Positions 10,741 to 24,199 of a stretch of DNA of 64,000 nt are shown piece after piece; positions within the stretch are counted from its first letter, which is position 1; each line of letters opens with the position of its first letter. Both the position numbers and the translations under genes were made by a program. The notes beneath the pieces were generated by a model that made no database searches, was not told the origin of the DNA, and saw nothing but the letters and a program-made list of their open reading frames with translations. The stretch is taken from NCBI RefSeq assembly GCF_036321535.1, contig NC_087437.1, forward strand, positions 19,036,001 through 19,100,000, in the 5' to 3' direction. This stretch comes from Camelus dromedarius. Taxonomy: Eukaryota.

Positions 10741-13700
10741 GATGTCCCAGCTTGCGGGCCTTCCTGGGCGGCTCTGTGACTGTCCCTCACAGGCCAAGGC
10801 CTGCAGCCTGTGTCCAGGTCCTGCCTGCATGTGGCCCTGTCTGCACAGAGCCTTTCCAGTTTACACCTTGGTCCAAGTCTGCAGGACCCCAGGGGTTAAT
10901 GCTCAAACTCCTGGTGCCGCTGATTTCTGCCACCCAGAGATGGTGCAGCAGGGCTCCGCATGTCTCCAGGCTGCACATTCTGCCCTGCTCTGCCCATGAC
11001 CTAGCCCAACAGATGTCCTTGATGTTTCGGAGGAAGAACGAGTCGTCCTCCACCCACCCAGGAGTTTTTTAAGCACTTGTCTGTCTGACATTGGCTGCCT
11101 GGTTTTGATTGCTTTCCCAGATAGCCAGATTCCATGCAGAGATCAAACCTCTTTATTCACACCAAATCGAGATATTTCAGACAACAGACCATTCCTTGAA
11201 AATACATACTTTCCTCACAACAATCTTAGTGTGTAGCGGGGATTGTGGGCAGAGTCATCTCTCCCAGCCCTTAGTGTCTGGCTGGCTGCCACCTTTGCAT
11301 ACACGCTTCCTTTTTCTGCTCACCGGTCATAGCCTGTGGCCGCATGACCTCCTCCAGGAGATCTTCCGGTATCTTCCCTATTCTGGTTGTGCTGCCTGTT
11401 GTCTGATCTTTGTGAAAGCACCCCCACAGTGTTTACCAGCTGCCCTCCTCAAGCTTGTTAGTCCTAATGCCTGAGCTGAGAAGAGCTTTATCCAATAAGA
11501 GTGGATAAGAGCAGTAGTTGGAACCAGGTCTGAGTTCCAGTCCTGTCTGGACCACTCACTAGCCTCGAAGGTGGTAAAGCAGGATGGCCCTATAATTTAT
11601 CATCTCAACTGGAAGGCTTTTGAGAGTGAATGGAGCAGGGACAACAGGTGTAAACCAGACTGTCACAGGAAGTAAGAGATCTGCTCGCCGTTTATTATAC
11701 ACACGAAGGGGCAGCAGCTCTCCACGACAGGCTGTGTTGGGGCAGAAGCTGGTCTGCTCTAGTCTAGCTCATGGGCACTTCTCAATCCCCAGTTCAAGCT
11801 GAGTGAGACTGGTACCAGCCATCTTCTCCTTCACTCCATGGGATCGGGGGCAGAGAGGGAGCAGGTGGAGTCACTGGCCTGCTCAGGCTCCATCCACTTG
11901 GGAAGCCAGCATGTGGGACAGCATCAGATGAACCCCTCAAGTGCCTCTCTCTGTTGGAAGGGGAGGAGGTAGGACTGAGTGAGCAGAAGAACAGGGACTG
12001 AGTTAACAGGCTGCCCACTGAGGCTGCTTAAGGGAGACTAACCCTGCAGAGAGAGCCTGGAGGCCTGGCAGAGCCAAGAGGCTGGATGACTGCTGGCCCC
12101 ACAGCGGGCCACTTCAGACCAGAAGAGCTGTGACCTTTTCCATTTCCAGAGGTCAGCTGAAAGCCCGGCTGGGGGGTCCAGAGCTGCCCTGCTCCTGCCC
12201 TCTAATGCAATGAGGCTCCTGAGTTTCCTGTCCTATGGAGTGATATTTTCAAGGCCAAGGGCGGGCAGGGGAATGGGCCCCAGTCTGTATTTCAACCTGC
12301 CCAGTGTCTGGGGGCTGTGCCCAAGGACTAGAGCTCACTCTGACCCCCACATCCCAAGGCAGGGCAGACAGAGCCTGATCTTGGGGAGTTATCAATGGTA
12401 GAAGCTGCCACCCGAGATTGTGGGGGCCAGATGTGGGGGATGGGGCAACAGGACCAAGGGACCTCTCTTGAGTATTTGGTCACTGTGAAAACGTTCAGCC
12501 TGGGGAGACTTGGTCCTCCTCCAGGCAGCCCTGCCTGCTTTCTCTCCATTTCAGATCTGAATAGCCACCTCAGAGGACTCTCAGAGATGAGGACATTCCA
12601 GGGAGTAAACTTGGGAGGATGAAACAAAAGGCAAGCCCTTTGTCCTGCACTGGCCATTTCCCAACACACCGTGTTTATTCCCACCTCCATGTCTTAGTGC
12701 TAGCTGTACCACCTGCCTTAAATGCCTGCCCTTGTTCTGCCCGTCCTTCAAGGCCCAACTCCAGCTTGTCTCTCTGGAAAGCCTTTACGTCTTTTCAACA
12801 CCTTTTTACTCAGAGTTGCTCCTGTAATGTGTGTCTAAGGGACACACCATCCAGGCACATGGCCTGTGCAGTCCCTTACCATCCACAGCCTCTTCCACCA
12901 GGCAGAGCCTGCAGCACCGAGGTCACTTACCCCCAGCCCACAGTGGTGAGGGGGACCAGATCCGGTGCGGGGTGCAGGTGTGAAGGAGGCCCTGGCATCA
13001 GAGGGGCTGTAGGCAGAGCTGTGGGCTGGAGTTGTCCTCACATGGGGCGAGGTGCCCTTCGCAACCTCAGGCCCCAATGCCTGGTGGTGCCAGGTTGTTT
13101 TTAATCAACTTGGCATTTGTCACTCAACCAGCTGGCTCATGAACAAACACAATCCCATCCCTACCTGGTGCACTGAGGAATGAACCTACCCTTCCCCAGT
13201 TCTCCAAAGGGGTGATTTGTCCTCCTGGCCCTGTGCTTGCCTTGTCCCCAAGGTGGTGATGGTGACATCAAGCCAGCCAGCTGCTCTGGCCTCGAGATGG
13301 CGATCAGATCACAGGGATGTAGAGCAGCCTTGGCAAGTGATGCTCTGGCTTTGGATTGTAGGGTTTCCTGGCACCATTCAAGGAAATTAGATTACCCACA
13401 GAGGACAAATATATGCATATTCTCATGATTGTCCTATTTTTTTTCTGGCATTTATCAGCTGCCTCTTATTCATTGCCTTGATTTCTTTCCAAAAGACAAC
13501 TAGATTTATTCCAAAATTCTAAGTAGGGCCCAAAGTGTCATAGGATTGGGCTTTGCCATGTGCCAAGCCATGCCTGAGTCCTTGGTCATTCACCAGGCCA
13601 TCCTTGTGATGTCCATCAGAGGGGCAGCCAGAGTGCAGAGGAGCTCCTGGTAGGAGCGCAGAGTGTGAAATGTGTTCCCTGGTGGAGTCCCGTTGAGGAG

Positions 13701-14892
13701 CTGTTCTTAGCAAGGCTGCCAGAAGCATTTTGTAGCTTAAGTACTTTGGGGCCACCTGGCACTCAGACCGTCTGTGCCTTGGTCTCTAACACCTCCTCCA
13801 CTCACGAGAATGGTTCCCTTTACAACTTGCCTCAAGTGTCTAAATATGCCAGGCGAGCTAGGAATCCTGGCCTGATCCACCTGGAGCACAGCCTCGACTC
13901 CAGGCCTCACGATGTAGCTGTAGATGGTGGTGATGGACAGACCCATTTGAAAGGCCAGCCTGGGTGGGGATTTTTTCCTGCGCATCTCTGCTGCTAGTTC
14001 TGGGAATGCCCCCAGAGTGTTCTTCCTTTCAACACTCACACAACTCAGACTAGTTAGAGGACCATTGTCGACTGCTTTTGGAAAAAGGGGAGAAAAGCAC
14101 ATTCCAGAGGACACATGCCACTTTGGATATCAAAGTCTCTCTGGTGGAAGGTTACCTTGGTTAGATTTCAGTCGCAGACTTGAAGACATTTCACTCGGCA
14201 ATGTTGTTCAAAAGCTTCAAAAAAATCCTCCTGTGGTATGTTTTTAATTTAAGATTGAAAAAATATTTCTATTGTGCCATATATAGAGTAACCTAAAACC
14301 CAATAAAAGCTCTGAATTAGGGGTGGACAGAATGGTTTGAATTAAGCTCAGGTAGAGGCGAGGACACCGTATCTGTCGGCTGGGGCTGCTGACTCTTGGG
14401 CCAAGAGGCAGGTTCAAGCCAGGGGACTGGACCTGCCAAGTCTGGAGAGGAACCATCTCTCCTGCCAGATTCCAGTGCTCTTGGCTGGTGGCCCACAGGC
14501 CTCTGATTCTGTTGTCATCTGCCCCCAGCCCAGGAAAGGCCTAACTGTTGTTTTTCATTTCTTCTTGGTTGCTTTGCAGGTTTCTCACTGGGGCTTCGTT
14601 TATTTGATTTATTGGTTATTCGCTATAATTTTTTTCTTCTTTTCCGGAGGTACTATCCAGGCTTTGCCTAACACCTCCCTTTGAGAAGCAGCTTGTGTCT
14701 TGGTCCTTTACCCATTCAGTGATTGCAAGTTTTTCTGAGCTGAGGCTAGAGACTTCCTTGCCTCAGTTTCCTGTGTTCCAGTCAGAGTCTAGAAAGCAGC
14801 ACATGTGCTGCAAATGCATAGTGAACTAATAAAGTTGAGTGAACGCAGTGAGTGAGAAGCATGATTTTTTTGTTATTATAAACAATGCTGTA

Positions 14893-15004
14893 TGAAACAT
14901 CTTTACATCTATACATTATATATAGTATATATATTTATACTCCATGTATAATATATAATCTATATTATATACTATATACAATATATAGGTGTAGAGATGT
15001 TTCA
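14893..15004. repeat. AT-rich inverted repeat: 39-bp arms with 4 mismatches and a 34-bp spacer
   Basis: 14893-14931 is the reverse complement of 14966-15004 at 35 of 39 positions (compared base by base). Confidence 0.9.
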
Positions 15005-18000
15005 GATGACATATACATGTATGTATCATATTCCTCCTGCCCCCTCTCCCTTCTCACATCACACGCTCCATTGCTCTGTCTGTGACTTAATCCTAACCAC
15101 CTCCCCCCTCAACCCCTGGGGGGCCAGCTCATAGCTGATCGTATAAGGAAGGTCACTTGACTCCAGAGGACTCAAATCATAGACTGGATTAAACTAATCA
15201 TATCCCCTCTTGAGATCTGAACTAAGAAACAGAGAAAGGAGTGTGAGGTGCTTAAACGGGTAGGACACTAGAATCCAGCTGAGGCTGGATTCTGGTTGGC
15301 CATGACGGGGCCCTGTTCAAGCAGGTGAGTAAGCAGAAAAAGCTGAGAGACAGACACAGACAGCCTCTGATGGCCCAGCGATGTGGCAGATATGATATTA
15401 GTTCCTGTGAGGGCTGCCCATACTTTCTACCTTCAGATGCCATGAACTATCCCTGTATCCTTCCAGAAAACAGAACAACAATCTTTTTGTACTGTTTCCT
15501 GTGATACAGGCTTCCTCCTCCAATGGTACAGCCTCCCAGTGGGCCCGGTGATGCTGGGAGCCTGACCTTCTAATGGGTCCAGAGGTGGTTCAGTGTGAGC
15601 CAGGGGGAGAGGGAGGTTGGAGGTGATTCTCTGTCCACCCTGGCCCCGCTCCGCCCCACCCAACCTAAGAGATCAATGAGGGCACTATTGTTCATTTCTC
15701 TCTGCTTGTCTCTGGGGCCGAGGAAGATCTCCAATACACGTGCCCAGCCCCACTCCAGAATGTGTCAGTGATGGCTCTCTTCTGCGTTGGGCACCTCTCA
15801 GCCACGGCCATGGCTTCCAGCCCAGACCATCCCCATGACCACACCCACAGAACTGGTGTACTCTTTGAAGTGGTGCAGGATCACACAGACCTGGGTCCCA
15901 GGCCATGTTCCTCGACCTTGGTGGCCTCAGGTGCAGTGAGTCCCCTAATCCTGAGGGCCCTCCCTATGAGGTATGCATCTCAGAACCTGACTTACAAACC
16001 CCTGGGGCCATTCAAAGAGACAGAATGTAGGTAAAGTAGCACCTTCCAGGCTCCACCATCCACTCTGCTTCCTCCTCTCCGCTCTGAGGATGCTTGTGTG
16101 ACACTGCCCACTCTCTTCCCTTCTGTGGCTCCTTGTGTCCACGCCCCCTTCCCTATCCTGGCCAAGTACTATTCTGGTGATCTCTCACCTGGTCCCTTGG
16201 TTTGGTCTTGGCCTTCCCATGGCTGAAGTCTGGGTCCAGGGAAGGTGGGAATGTGGGAGACAAGTGGACGGGACTAGAGGCAGGAGGCTGTGTGGGTCAG
16301 GGAGGAGGCCCCCAGGGAACCATCCCTGCTTGTCTAGGCTGTGTATCACCGGGATGACGAGGGGGCACTCAGAAGGGACCTTCACATTTTAGCACAGTGC
16401 AAGGAACAGGAGAGTGGAGGCTGGGGGGAGAGGCTCGGCTGGCAGAAGGCTGGGCAAGTCTGGAGGCTGGGATGGGGACCAGCAGGAAGAGAAGCAGAGA
16501 TCAGGGGCCATTCAAAAGCAGGGTCTTTGAGCAAGGTTCTGGGTCTCTGGCACCATCAGATCCAGCCTCCAAACCCTCCCCAGCCCATGCACTACGGGCA
16601 CAGGGACCCAGTGAAGGGAAAGACTGTGACCTGGGTCACATAGCTCTTCCAGACACCATCTGGGGCCTCCTCCTTCCCACAGGCAGGAAGAATCGCCAGG
16701 CCTTCATTCCTTTCGCAACAAGCTGAGTGGCTGGGTGCTCTCCCGGGCCTGGGTGCCATCATCCCCTGGCTGGGGCCTCAGGGGCACTCTTCCATCTCCT
16801 CCTGCTCAGCCCCAGCAGCGTCCTGGGTTCCAGAGCCTTCTTGTCCCTGGATCTCCTTACAAAAGTCTTCCATCTCCCAGCCCCTGGGAAAGCCCCCTCC
16901 ACCCTTGCTGAGAGGGGATTAGTAATGTTCCTGCTCATCCCAGAATCCCCTGATGTGATCAATGACAATATTTCTCTTGGGTTACACTGGTTGGAACATC
17001 CAACCAGAGATCATTAAGCTACAACCACTCTGCCTACAGATTCTAAAAAGAAGGAGTAGTCTTCCTGGCCAGAAACCCATGTCAGATTTAATTATGTAAA
17101 GTGTGGCATCCTACCCCCATGGAAGAGGGGTGGGGCAGAGTCCTCAGGGTGGGGAGAGGGACTGCCCAGGTGTTCCCAGCCCTTGTAGGAGTGAGTCCTC
17201 CTCTGATCTAGTAGACAGTCTTCCCAACCACGCCAGGCCATGACCTTCTTGGGTCCTGCTGGGCACCATAGCCACAGCGGCCCAGTCAGGAAGGCATTAT
17301 TTTTTCCATTACACGGAGGAGTCAACTGAGGTTCAGAGGGAGGAAACTGCAAAACTGGGGAATGCCTAAGCCAGCATCTGGCTAGAGCCTTGTCCACGTC
17401 TGTTGGAAAAGTGTGTCTGAGTCAGAGGCAGTGCTGGGGTGGAAGGGCCTGTAGCAGAGCCCCAGGGGGCAGGACTTGACAGGGCTTCAGGCATTTGGGT
17501 GTGCAGGTCCTAGGCAGTGGGGGAAGGGGGCAGTTGGCACCACATGCAGGTGGTGAGTGGGGTGGTGGGAAATCTCAAGGTGGACAGAGTGTCACATCAC
17601 TGCTTCTTTTGTATCCTTCCTCATGAGACACAGCCGCAACCTTGAGGGCTCTGACCTCTAGACCATCTCTCTGGGACTCCGCAGGGAAACCTCTGAGGGC
17701 AGGATGGCCCCGGATCCCACTAGATGGCACTGTTGCAGGTCATTTCCACCCAGGAGCCCTTCTCAGGGTGCCTGTGTGAGAGTGCGCACGTGCGAATACC
17801 TGAGCTGGTTGGGAAGTGTGTGTGTGTTGAGGGGCAGGGGGCATCTCTATCTTGGGTCTTCCAATACCCCAAGCCTCTGCTCTGTGCCCCCGCTTCCCTG
17901 GAATTATTCCTTAGGATAGAAGTTACTGCTTCTGAGACATTTTTCAGGACTCCTGTGGGCCCTGGGAGGCGGGCACCTGAACCCAGGGTGTTACAGGGTA

Positions 18001-18194
18001 GCCAGGACAGGTCCAGCTCTTCTCATGGACCACCCCTCTGTAGGAGATTGGTAAGTACTCCTGAAATCCAAGCCCAGAGACAGTGCAGAGTCCCAGCAGG
18101 CCCCACATTCTGGCAGGGGAGTAGGGGCAGTGGTGGGGGTTTGGACTGGGGGCAAGCCTTCAGAGGCTTGAATGTTTCTGATACAAATACATTT

Positions 18195-18365
18195 TATTCT
18201 GTGTGTTAACTCAGAACGGTTGGTGGTGGCAACTATGGAATGGCTGGTGGAGTGCTATGTTGAGAAGGCTTCTGAGGCTGGGTCTAGTTCAGGAGGAGAG
18301 AATGCTGTTGTCAATCAATGCTGTCTGCCAGAGGCTTGAGTGCAAGAGTAGCACTCATGACGTTT
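18195..18365 (-). mobile_element. hAT-Charlie MITE (Charlie4z-like)
   Basis: ggagtgctatgttgagaaggcttctgaggctgggtctagttcagg...tgtctgcca resembles the recalled consensus in reverse orientation. Confidence 0.55.
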
Positions 18366-19377
18366 TTTCTTGATGTAAGTGGTCACTTATTTATAAGGAT
18401 GCACCTGTATGTCAGTGAATCCTAGGTATTTAGGACTACAGAAATTATCCAACTCATTTATTTCATAGGTGGAGAAGCTGAGGCATATGTAGACAGAATA
18501 AGTTGCCCTTGGACACATGGCTAGTGGCTGAGAGAAGACTAGAAGGCGGGTCTCTGACTCAGTGCCAAGGTCTTACTGGACACACCCTGCCTTTCCAGTT
18601 GATCCAGTTCTGTGTTTAAACAAGGTCCGCAGCACAACAGTAACCTCTTTTGTCTGGTGTTTCAGGGTCTTTAGACATTGCTGCCAAGAGAAAGCTCCAA
18701 GTTAAAACTCCTCTTCATGTCTTTGCTGTATTCCAGGTAGATTCTGGCTAGGGCAGATTGTAAGGCTGACTCTTGGGAAAAAATCTTAAGAGGGAAGGAA
18801 GAAAAGAAACTAGGGTTCTGTGTGTTTGAATGAGAACACTGGGCATCAAATCAGACACGGCTTTGGCCAAGGGTGTCAACTCTTGTAAAACCCAAATAAA
18901 CAGGTTGGAAGAAAGCAAGAGGGTCTCAGGTGAGACGTGAGGAAGATTTTCCTGATGGAGGAAGGGGCTGCCGGTCACAGCCTCAGGGCTGGGTCTGCAG
19001 GCCACCTCACATGCCCATCTGCTCCAGCCGAACCAGCAGGAACCTGCAAAGCCCCTCAGAGTAGAGCAATCACTCAGGAGTCGGAGCCACGAGCTGTGGA
19101 TTCAAGGCCCAGATCCATCACCAGATTAATTGTACTGCATGCTGTCCCTTTGCTTCACTTTTCCCACCTGGCATGTGGGGTTAGCTACCCAGTACCCCAC
19201 GGTGCAGTGAGAATCAAATGGCAACAATGTGGGTTTACAGAGTTAACTTGAAAGCAAGGGTGGAGTCCTCCTGAGCCTTCCATGTAGAGAACCACAAGCG
19301 CTGCTTCATAGTCTGTGTGTGATCAGTGTGAGCATTGGGAACGTGTGCACACTCTATGTGAGGGTAACATTAAATGA

Positions 19378-19598
19378 CAGTTGACTCCTGAACAACATGG
19401 GTTTGAACTCCATGGGTCCACTTAGATGCAGATATTTCTCACTACTAAATACTACAGTACTGTGCTCATCCTAGGTTGGTTGAATCTGAGGGTGCAGAAC
19501 CGCAGATACAGAGGAACCACAGATAAAAATTATACCCACCTTTTTCACTGCCTAGAGGGTAAGTGCCCCTGAACCCCGTGTTGTTCAAGGGTCAGCTA
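19378..19598. mobile_element. TcMar-Tigger MITE (Tigger2a/MER8-like)
   Basis: Terminal inverted repeats cagttgactcctgaacaacatggg and cccgtgttgttcaagggtcagcta match the Tigger2 TIR CAGTTGACCCTTGAACAACACGGG. Confidence 0.9.
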
Positions 19599-19604
19599 TG
19601 TTGG

Positions 19605-19790
19605 GAACGCCCTACTTGGAGTAACCAGCCTCTGCGCTGGGTATTCTATCTTGTTGAACTCTCCAGTATTCCTGTGAGACAGGTATAATTATTCGTATTT
19701 TCCAGAAGAAGAAGCTGAGGCTGGAGAGGTCAGATCACATGTCCGAGAATATATACAGTAAGTGGCAGTGAGCTTAATCAACCATCTGCC
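19605..19790 (-). mobile_element. MIR SINE
   Basis: cctgtgagacaggtataattattcgtattttccagaagaagaagctgaggctggagaggtca is the antisense MIR core. Confidence 0.7.
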
Positions 19791-20400
19791 TGCCCTTAAG
19801 GAGGTTGCCATCTGTAAATTAGTTGGAGGGAGGGCTGGCTTGGGGCACCCATTTCCAACTGTATATGTTGTCTGGACTTACCACAGGTGTCTTGAGTGCT
19901 TAAAGTTCACCCAGGTGCAGTGGTGGTATCATGTGTGTCATGTGCACAGGTACACATGCATTATAGAAAATGATGCCCATGGTAGAATCTAGAAGGTGAT
20001 GGCCCTTCTGTGAAAGGAGTGCCATCCCTGTATGGTACTCAAGCTGGAGACCAGGCCTGTCACCCTTTTTTATTTTTTTTTTAACATTTTTTATTGATTT
20101 ATAATCATTTTACAATGTTGTGTCAAATTCCAGTGTTTAGCACAATTTTTCAGTTATTCATGGACATATACACACTCATTGTCACATTTTTTTCTCTGTG
20201 AGTTATCATAACATTTTGTGTATATTTCCCTGTGCTATACAGTGTAGTCTATTCTACAATTTTGAAATCCCAGTCTATCCCTTCCCACCCTCCGCCCCCC
20301 TGGTAACCACAAGTCTGTATTCTCTGTCTGTGAGTCTATTTCTGTCCTTTATTTACACTTTGTTTTTGTTTGTTTGTTTGTTTGTTTTTGTTTTTGTTTT

Positions 20401-23400
20401 TTAGATTCCACATATGAGCGATCTCATATGGTATTTTTCTTTCTCTTTCTGGCTTACTTCACTTAGAATGACATTCTCCAGGAGCACCCATGTTGCTGCA
20501 AATGGCATTATGTTGTCGGTTTTTATGGCTGAATAGTATTCCATTGTATAAATATACCACCTCTTCTTTATCCAGTCACCTGTTGATGGACATTTAGGCT
20601 GTTTCCATCTTTTGGCTATTGTAAATAGTGCTGCTATGAACATTGGGGTGCAGGTGTCATCCTGAAGTAGATTTCCTTCTGGATACAAGCCCAGGAGTGG
20701 GATTCCTGGGTCATATGGTAAGTCTATTCCTAGTCTTTTGAGGAATCTCCACACTGTTTTCCATAGTGGCTGCACCAAACTGCATTCCCACCAGCAGTGT
20801 AGGAGGGTTCCCCTTTCTCCACAGCCTCTCCAGCATTTGTCATTTGTGGATTTTTGAATGACGGCCATTCTGACTGGTGTGAGGTGATACCTCATTGTAG
20901 TTTTGATTTGCATTTCTCTGATAATTAGTGATATTGAGCATTTTTTCATGTGCTTTTTGATCATTTGTATGTCTTCCTTGGAGAATTGCTTGTTTAGGTC
21001 TTCTGCCCATTTTTGGATTGGGTTGTTTATTTTTTTCTTATTGAGTCGTATGAGCTGCTTATATATTCTGGAGATCAAGCCTTTGTCGGTTTCACTTGCA
21101 AAAATTTTCTCCCATTCCGTAGGTTTTCTTCTTGTTTTATTTCTGGTTTCCTTTGCTGTGCAGAAGCTTGTAAGTTTCATTAGGTCCCATTTGTTTATTC
21201 TTGCTTTTATTTCTTCTAGGAGAAAATTTTTTAAATGTATGTCAGATAATGTTTTGCCTATGTTTTCCTCTAGGAGGTTTATTGTATCTTGTCTTATGTT
21301 TAAGTCTTTAATCCATTTTGAGTTGATTTTTGTATATGGTGTAAGGGAGTGTTCTAGCTTCATTGTTTTACATGCTGCTGTCCAGTTTTCCCAACACCAT
21401 TTGCTGAAGAGACTGTCTTTATTCCAATGTATATTCTTGCCTCTTTTGTCGAAGATGAGTTGACCAAAAGTTTGTGGGTTCATTTCTGGGCTCTCTATTC
21501 TGTTCCATTGGTCTATATGTCTGTTTTGGTACCAATACCATGCTGTCTTGATGACTGTAGCTCTATAGTATTGTCTGAAGTCTGGGAGAGTTATTCCTCC
21601 AGCCTCTTTCTTTCTCTTCAGTAATGCTTTGGCAATTCTAGGTCTTTGATGGTTCCATATGAATTTTATTATGATTTTTTCTAGTTCTGTGAAATATGTC
21701 CTGGGTAATTGGATAGGGATTGCATTAAATCTGTAGATTGCCTTGGGCAGTGTGACCATTTTAACAATATTGATTCTTCCAATCCAAGAGCATGGAATAT
21801 CTTTCCATTTTTTAAAGTCTTCTTTAATTTCCTTCATCAATGGTTTATAGTTTTCTGTGTATAATTCTTTCACCTCCTTGGTTAGATTTATTCCCAGATA
21901 TTTTATTACCTTGGGTGCTATTTTAAAGGGGATTGTTTCTTTACTTTCTTCTTCTGTTGATTTATCGTTAGTGTAAAGAAATGCAACTGATTTTTGAACG
22001 TTAATTTTGTAACCTGCTACCTTGCTGAATTCTTCAATCAGCTCTAGTAGCTTTTGTGTGGACCTTTTAGGGTTTTCTATATATAGTAACATGTCATCAG
22101 CATATAATGACACTTTTACCTCTTCTTTTCCAATTTGGATCCCTTTTATTTCTTTCTCTTGCCTGACTGCTGTGGCTAGGACTTCCAGGACTATGTTGAA
22201 TAGGAGTGGTGATAGTGGGCATCCTTGTCTTGTCCCAGATTTTAGTGGGAAGCTTTTGAGTTTTTCACCGTTGAGTACTATGCTGGCTGTAGGTTTGTCA
22301 CATATAGCTTTTATTATGTTGAGATATGTTCCCTCTATACCCACTTTGGCGAGAGTTTTTATCATAAATGGATGTTGAATTTTATCAAATGCTTTTTCTG
22401 CATCGATTGAGATGATCATGTGGTTTTTGTCCTTTCTCTTGTTGATGTGATGTATTACACTGATTGATTTGCGTATGTTGAACCAGCCTTGTGTCCCTGG
22501 GATGAACCCCACTTGGTCATGATGTATAATCTTTTTTATGTGTTGTTGGATTCTTTTTGCTAAAATTTTGGTGAGGATTTTGGCGTCTATGTTCATCAGT
22601 GATATTGGCCTATAATTCTCTTTTTTTGTAGTGTCTTTGCCTGGTTTTGGTATCAGGGTGATGGTGGCTTCATAGAATGAGTTTGGGGGTATTCCCTCCT
22701 TTTCAATTGTCTGGAAGAGTTTGAGAAGGACTGGTATGAGTTCTTCTTTGTATGTTTGGTAGAATTCCCCGGTGAAGCCGTCCGGTCCTGGACTTTTATT
22801 TGTAGGGAGGTTTTTAATTGCTATTTCTATTTCCTTTCTAGTGATCAGATTGTTCAAGTGTTCAGATTCTTCTTGATTCAGTTTTGGTGGACAGTATGTT
22901 TCCAGAAACTTGTCCATCTCCTCTAGGTTACCCAGTTTGGTTCCATATAGTTTTTCATAATATTGTCGTATGATATTCTGTATTTCTATTTTGTTTGTTG
23001 TAATTTCTCCATTTTCCTTTCTTATTTTGCTAATTTGTGCTCTCTCTTTTTTCTTCTTTGTGAGTTTGGCCAGAGGTTTGTCGATTTTATTTACTTTTTC
23101 AAAAAACCAGCTTTTGGTTTGGTTGATTTTTTCTATGGTCTTGTTAATCTCTATTGTATTTAATTCCCCTCTGATCTTTATTATTTCCTTCCTTCTGCTG
23201 CTTTTTGGGGCTTTTTGTTCTTCTTTTTGTAATTCATTCAGGTGGTGGGTTAAATTGTTTATTTGAGATTGTTCTTCTTTTTTGAGGAAGGCCTGTATCG
23301 CTATAAACTTCCCTCTTAGCACTGCCTTTGCTGTGTCCCATAGGTTTTGAGTGGTTGTGCTTTCATTATCATTTGTCTCAAGGTATTTTTTAATTTCAGC

Positions 23401-24199
23401 TTTGATTTCCTCATTGATCCATTGTTTTTTCAATAACATATTGTTTAATCTCCATGCTTTCCTTTTTTTCTCCTTTGTTTCTCTGTTGTTGATTTCCAGT
23501 TTCATGGCATTGTGGTCAGTAAAGATGCTTGAGATAATTTCTATCTTCTTAAAATTGTTGAGGTTTCTTTTGTGCCCAAGTACATGATCGATCCTGGAAA
23601 ATGTTCCATGTGCACTTGAAAAGAATGTATATCCTATTTTTTGGGGGTGTAATGCTCTGAAAATATCCACCAAATCTAGTTTTTCTATTGTAGTATTTAA
23701 TTTCTCTGTTGCCTTAGTTTATTTTCTGTCTGGAAGATCTGTCTAGTGATGTTAATGCAGTGTTAAAATCTCCAACTATGATTGTATTCCCATCAATATC
23801 CCCCTTTATCTCTGTTAGTAATTCTTGTATGTACTTAGGTGCTCCTATATTGGGTGTATATATATTAACGAGTGTAATATCCTCATCTTGTATCACTCCT
23901 TTAATCATTATAAAATGTCCTTCTTTATCTTTCTTTATGGCCTTTGTTTTAAAGTCTATTTTGTCTGAAATCAGTACTGCAACACCTGCTTTTTTGGCTT
24001 TTCCATTTTCATGGAATATCCTTTTCCATCCTTTCACTCTCAATCTATATGTGTCCTTCTCCCTAAAGTGGGTCTCTTGTATGCAGCATATTGAAGGTTC
24101 TTGCTTTATTATCCAGTCTGCCACTCTGTGTCTTTTGACTGGAGCATTTAGTCCATTAACATTTACAGTAATTAATGATAGATGTGTGTTTATTGCCAT
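20401..24199 (-). pseudogene. L1 ORF2 (APE endonuclease, reverse transcriptase, Cys-rich domain) with a single +1 frameshift at ~23716
   Basis: EN motifs (NVNGLN, CCIQETH, GDFN, SRIDH), PIP-like [10 protein letters not shown] motifs ([12 protein letters not shown]) and [18 protein letters not shown]. Removing one base at 23716/23717 joins the 161-aa and 1090-aa track ORFs as RQKINKATEKLN. Confidence 0.97.

Noticed and set aside
10787..11053. Protein-looking minus-strand frame (EDDSFFLRNIKDICW...)
   Set aside because: Bounded upstream by a stop, with no convincing acceptor or ATG and no homology I recognise.
14550..14655. Acceptor-like tract (ttctt...ttgcag) with a weak donor
   Set aside because: Isolated splice-like signals are common, and nothing supports a frame or partner exon.
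15050..15510. Possible very old MLT1-type LTR (similar signal at 32540-32830)
   Set aside because: Similarity is too weak to set boundaries or family by eye.
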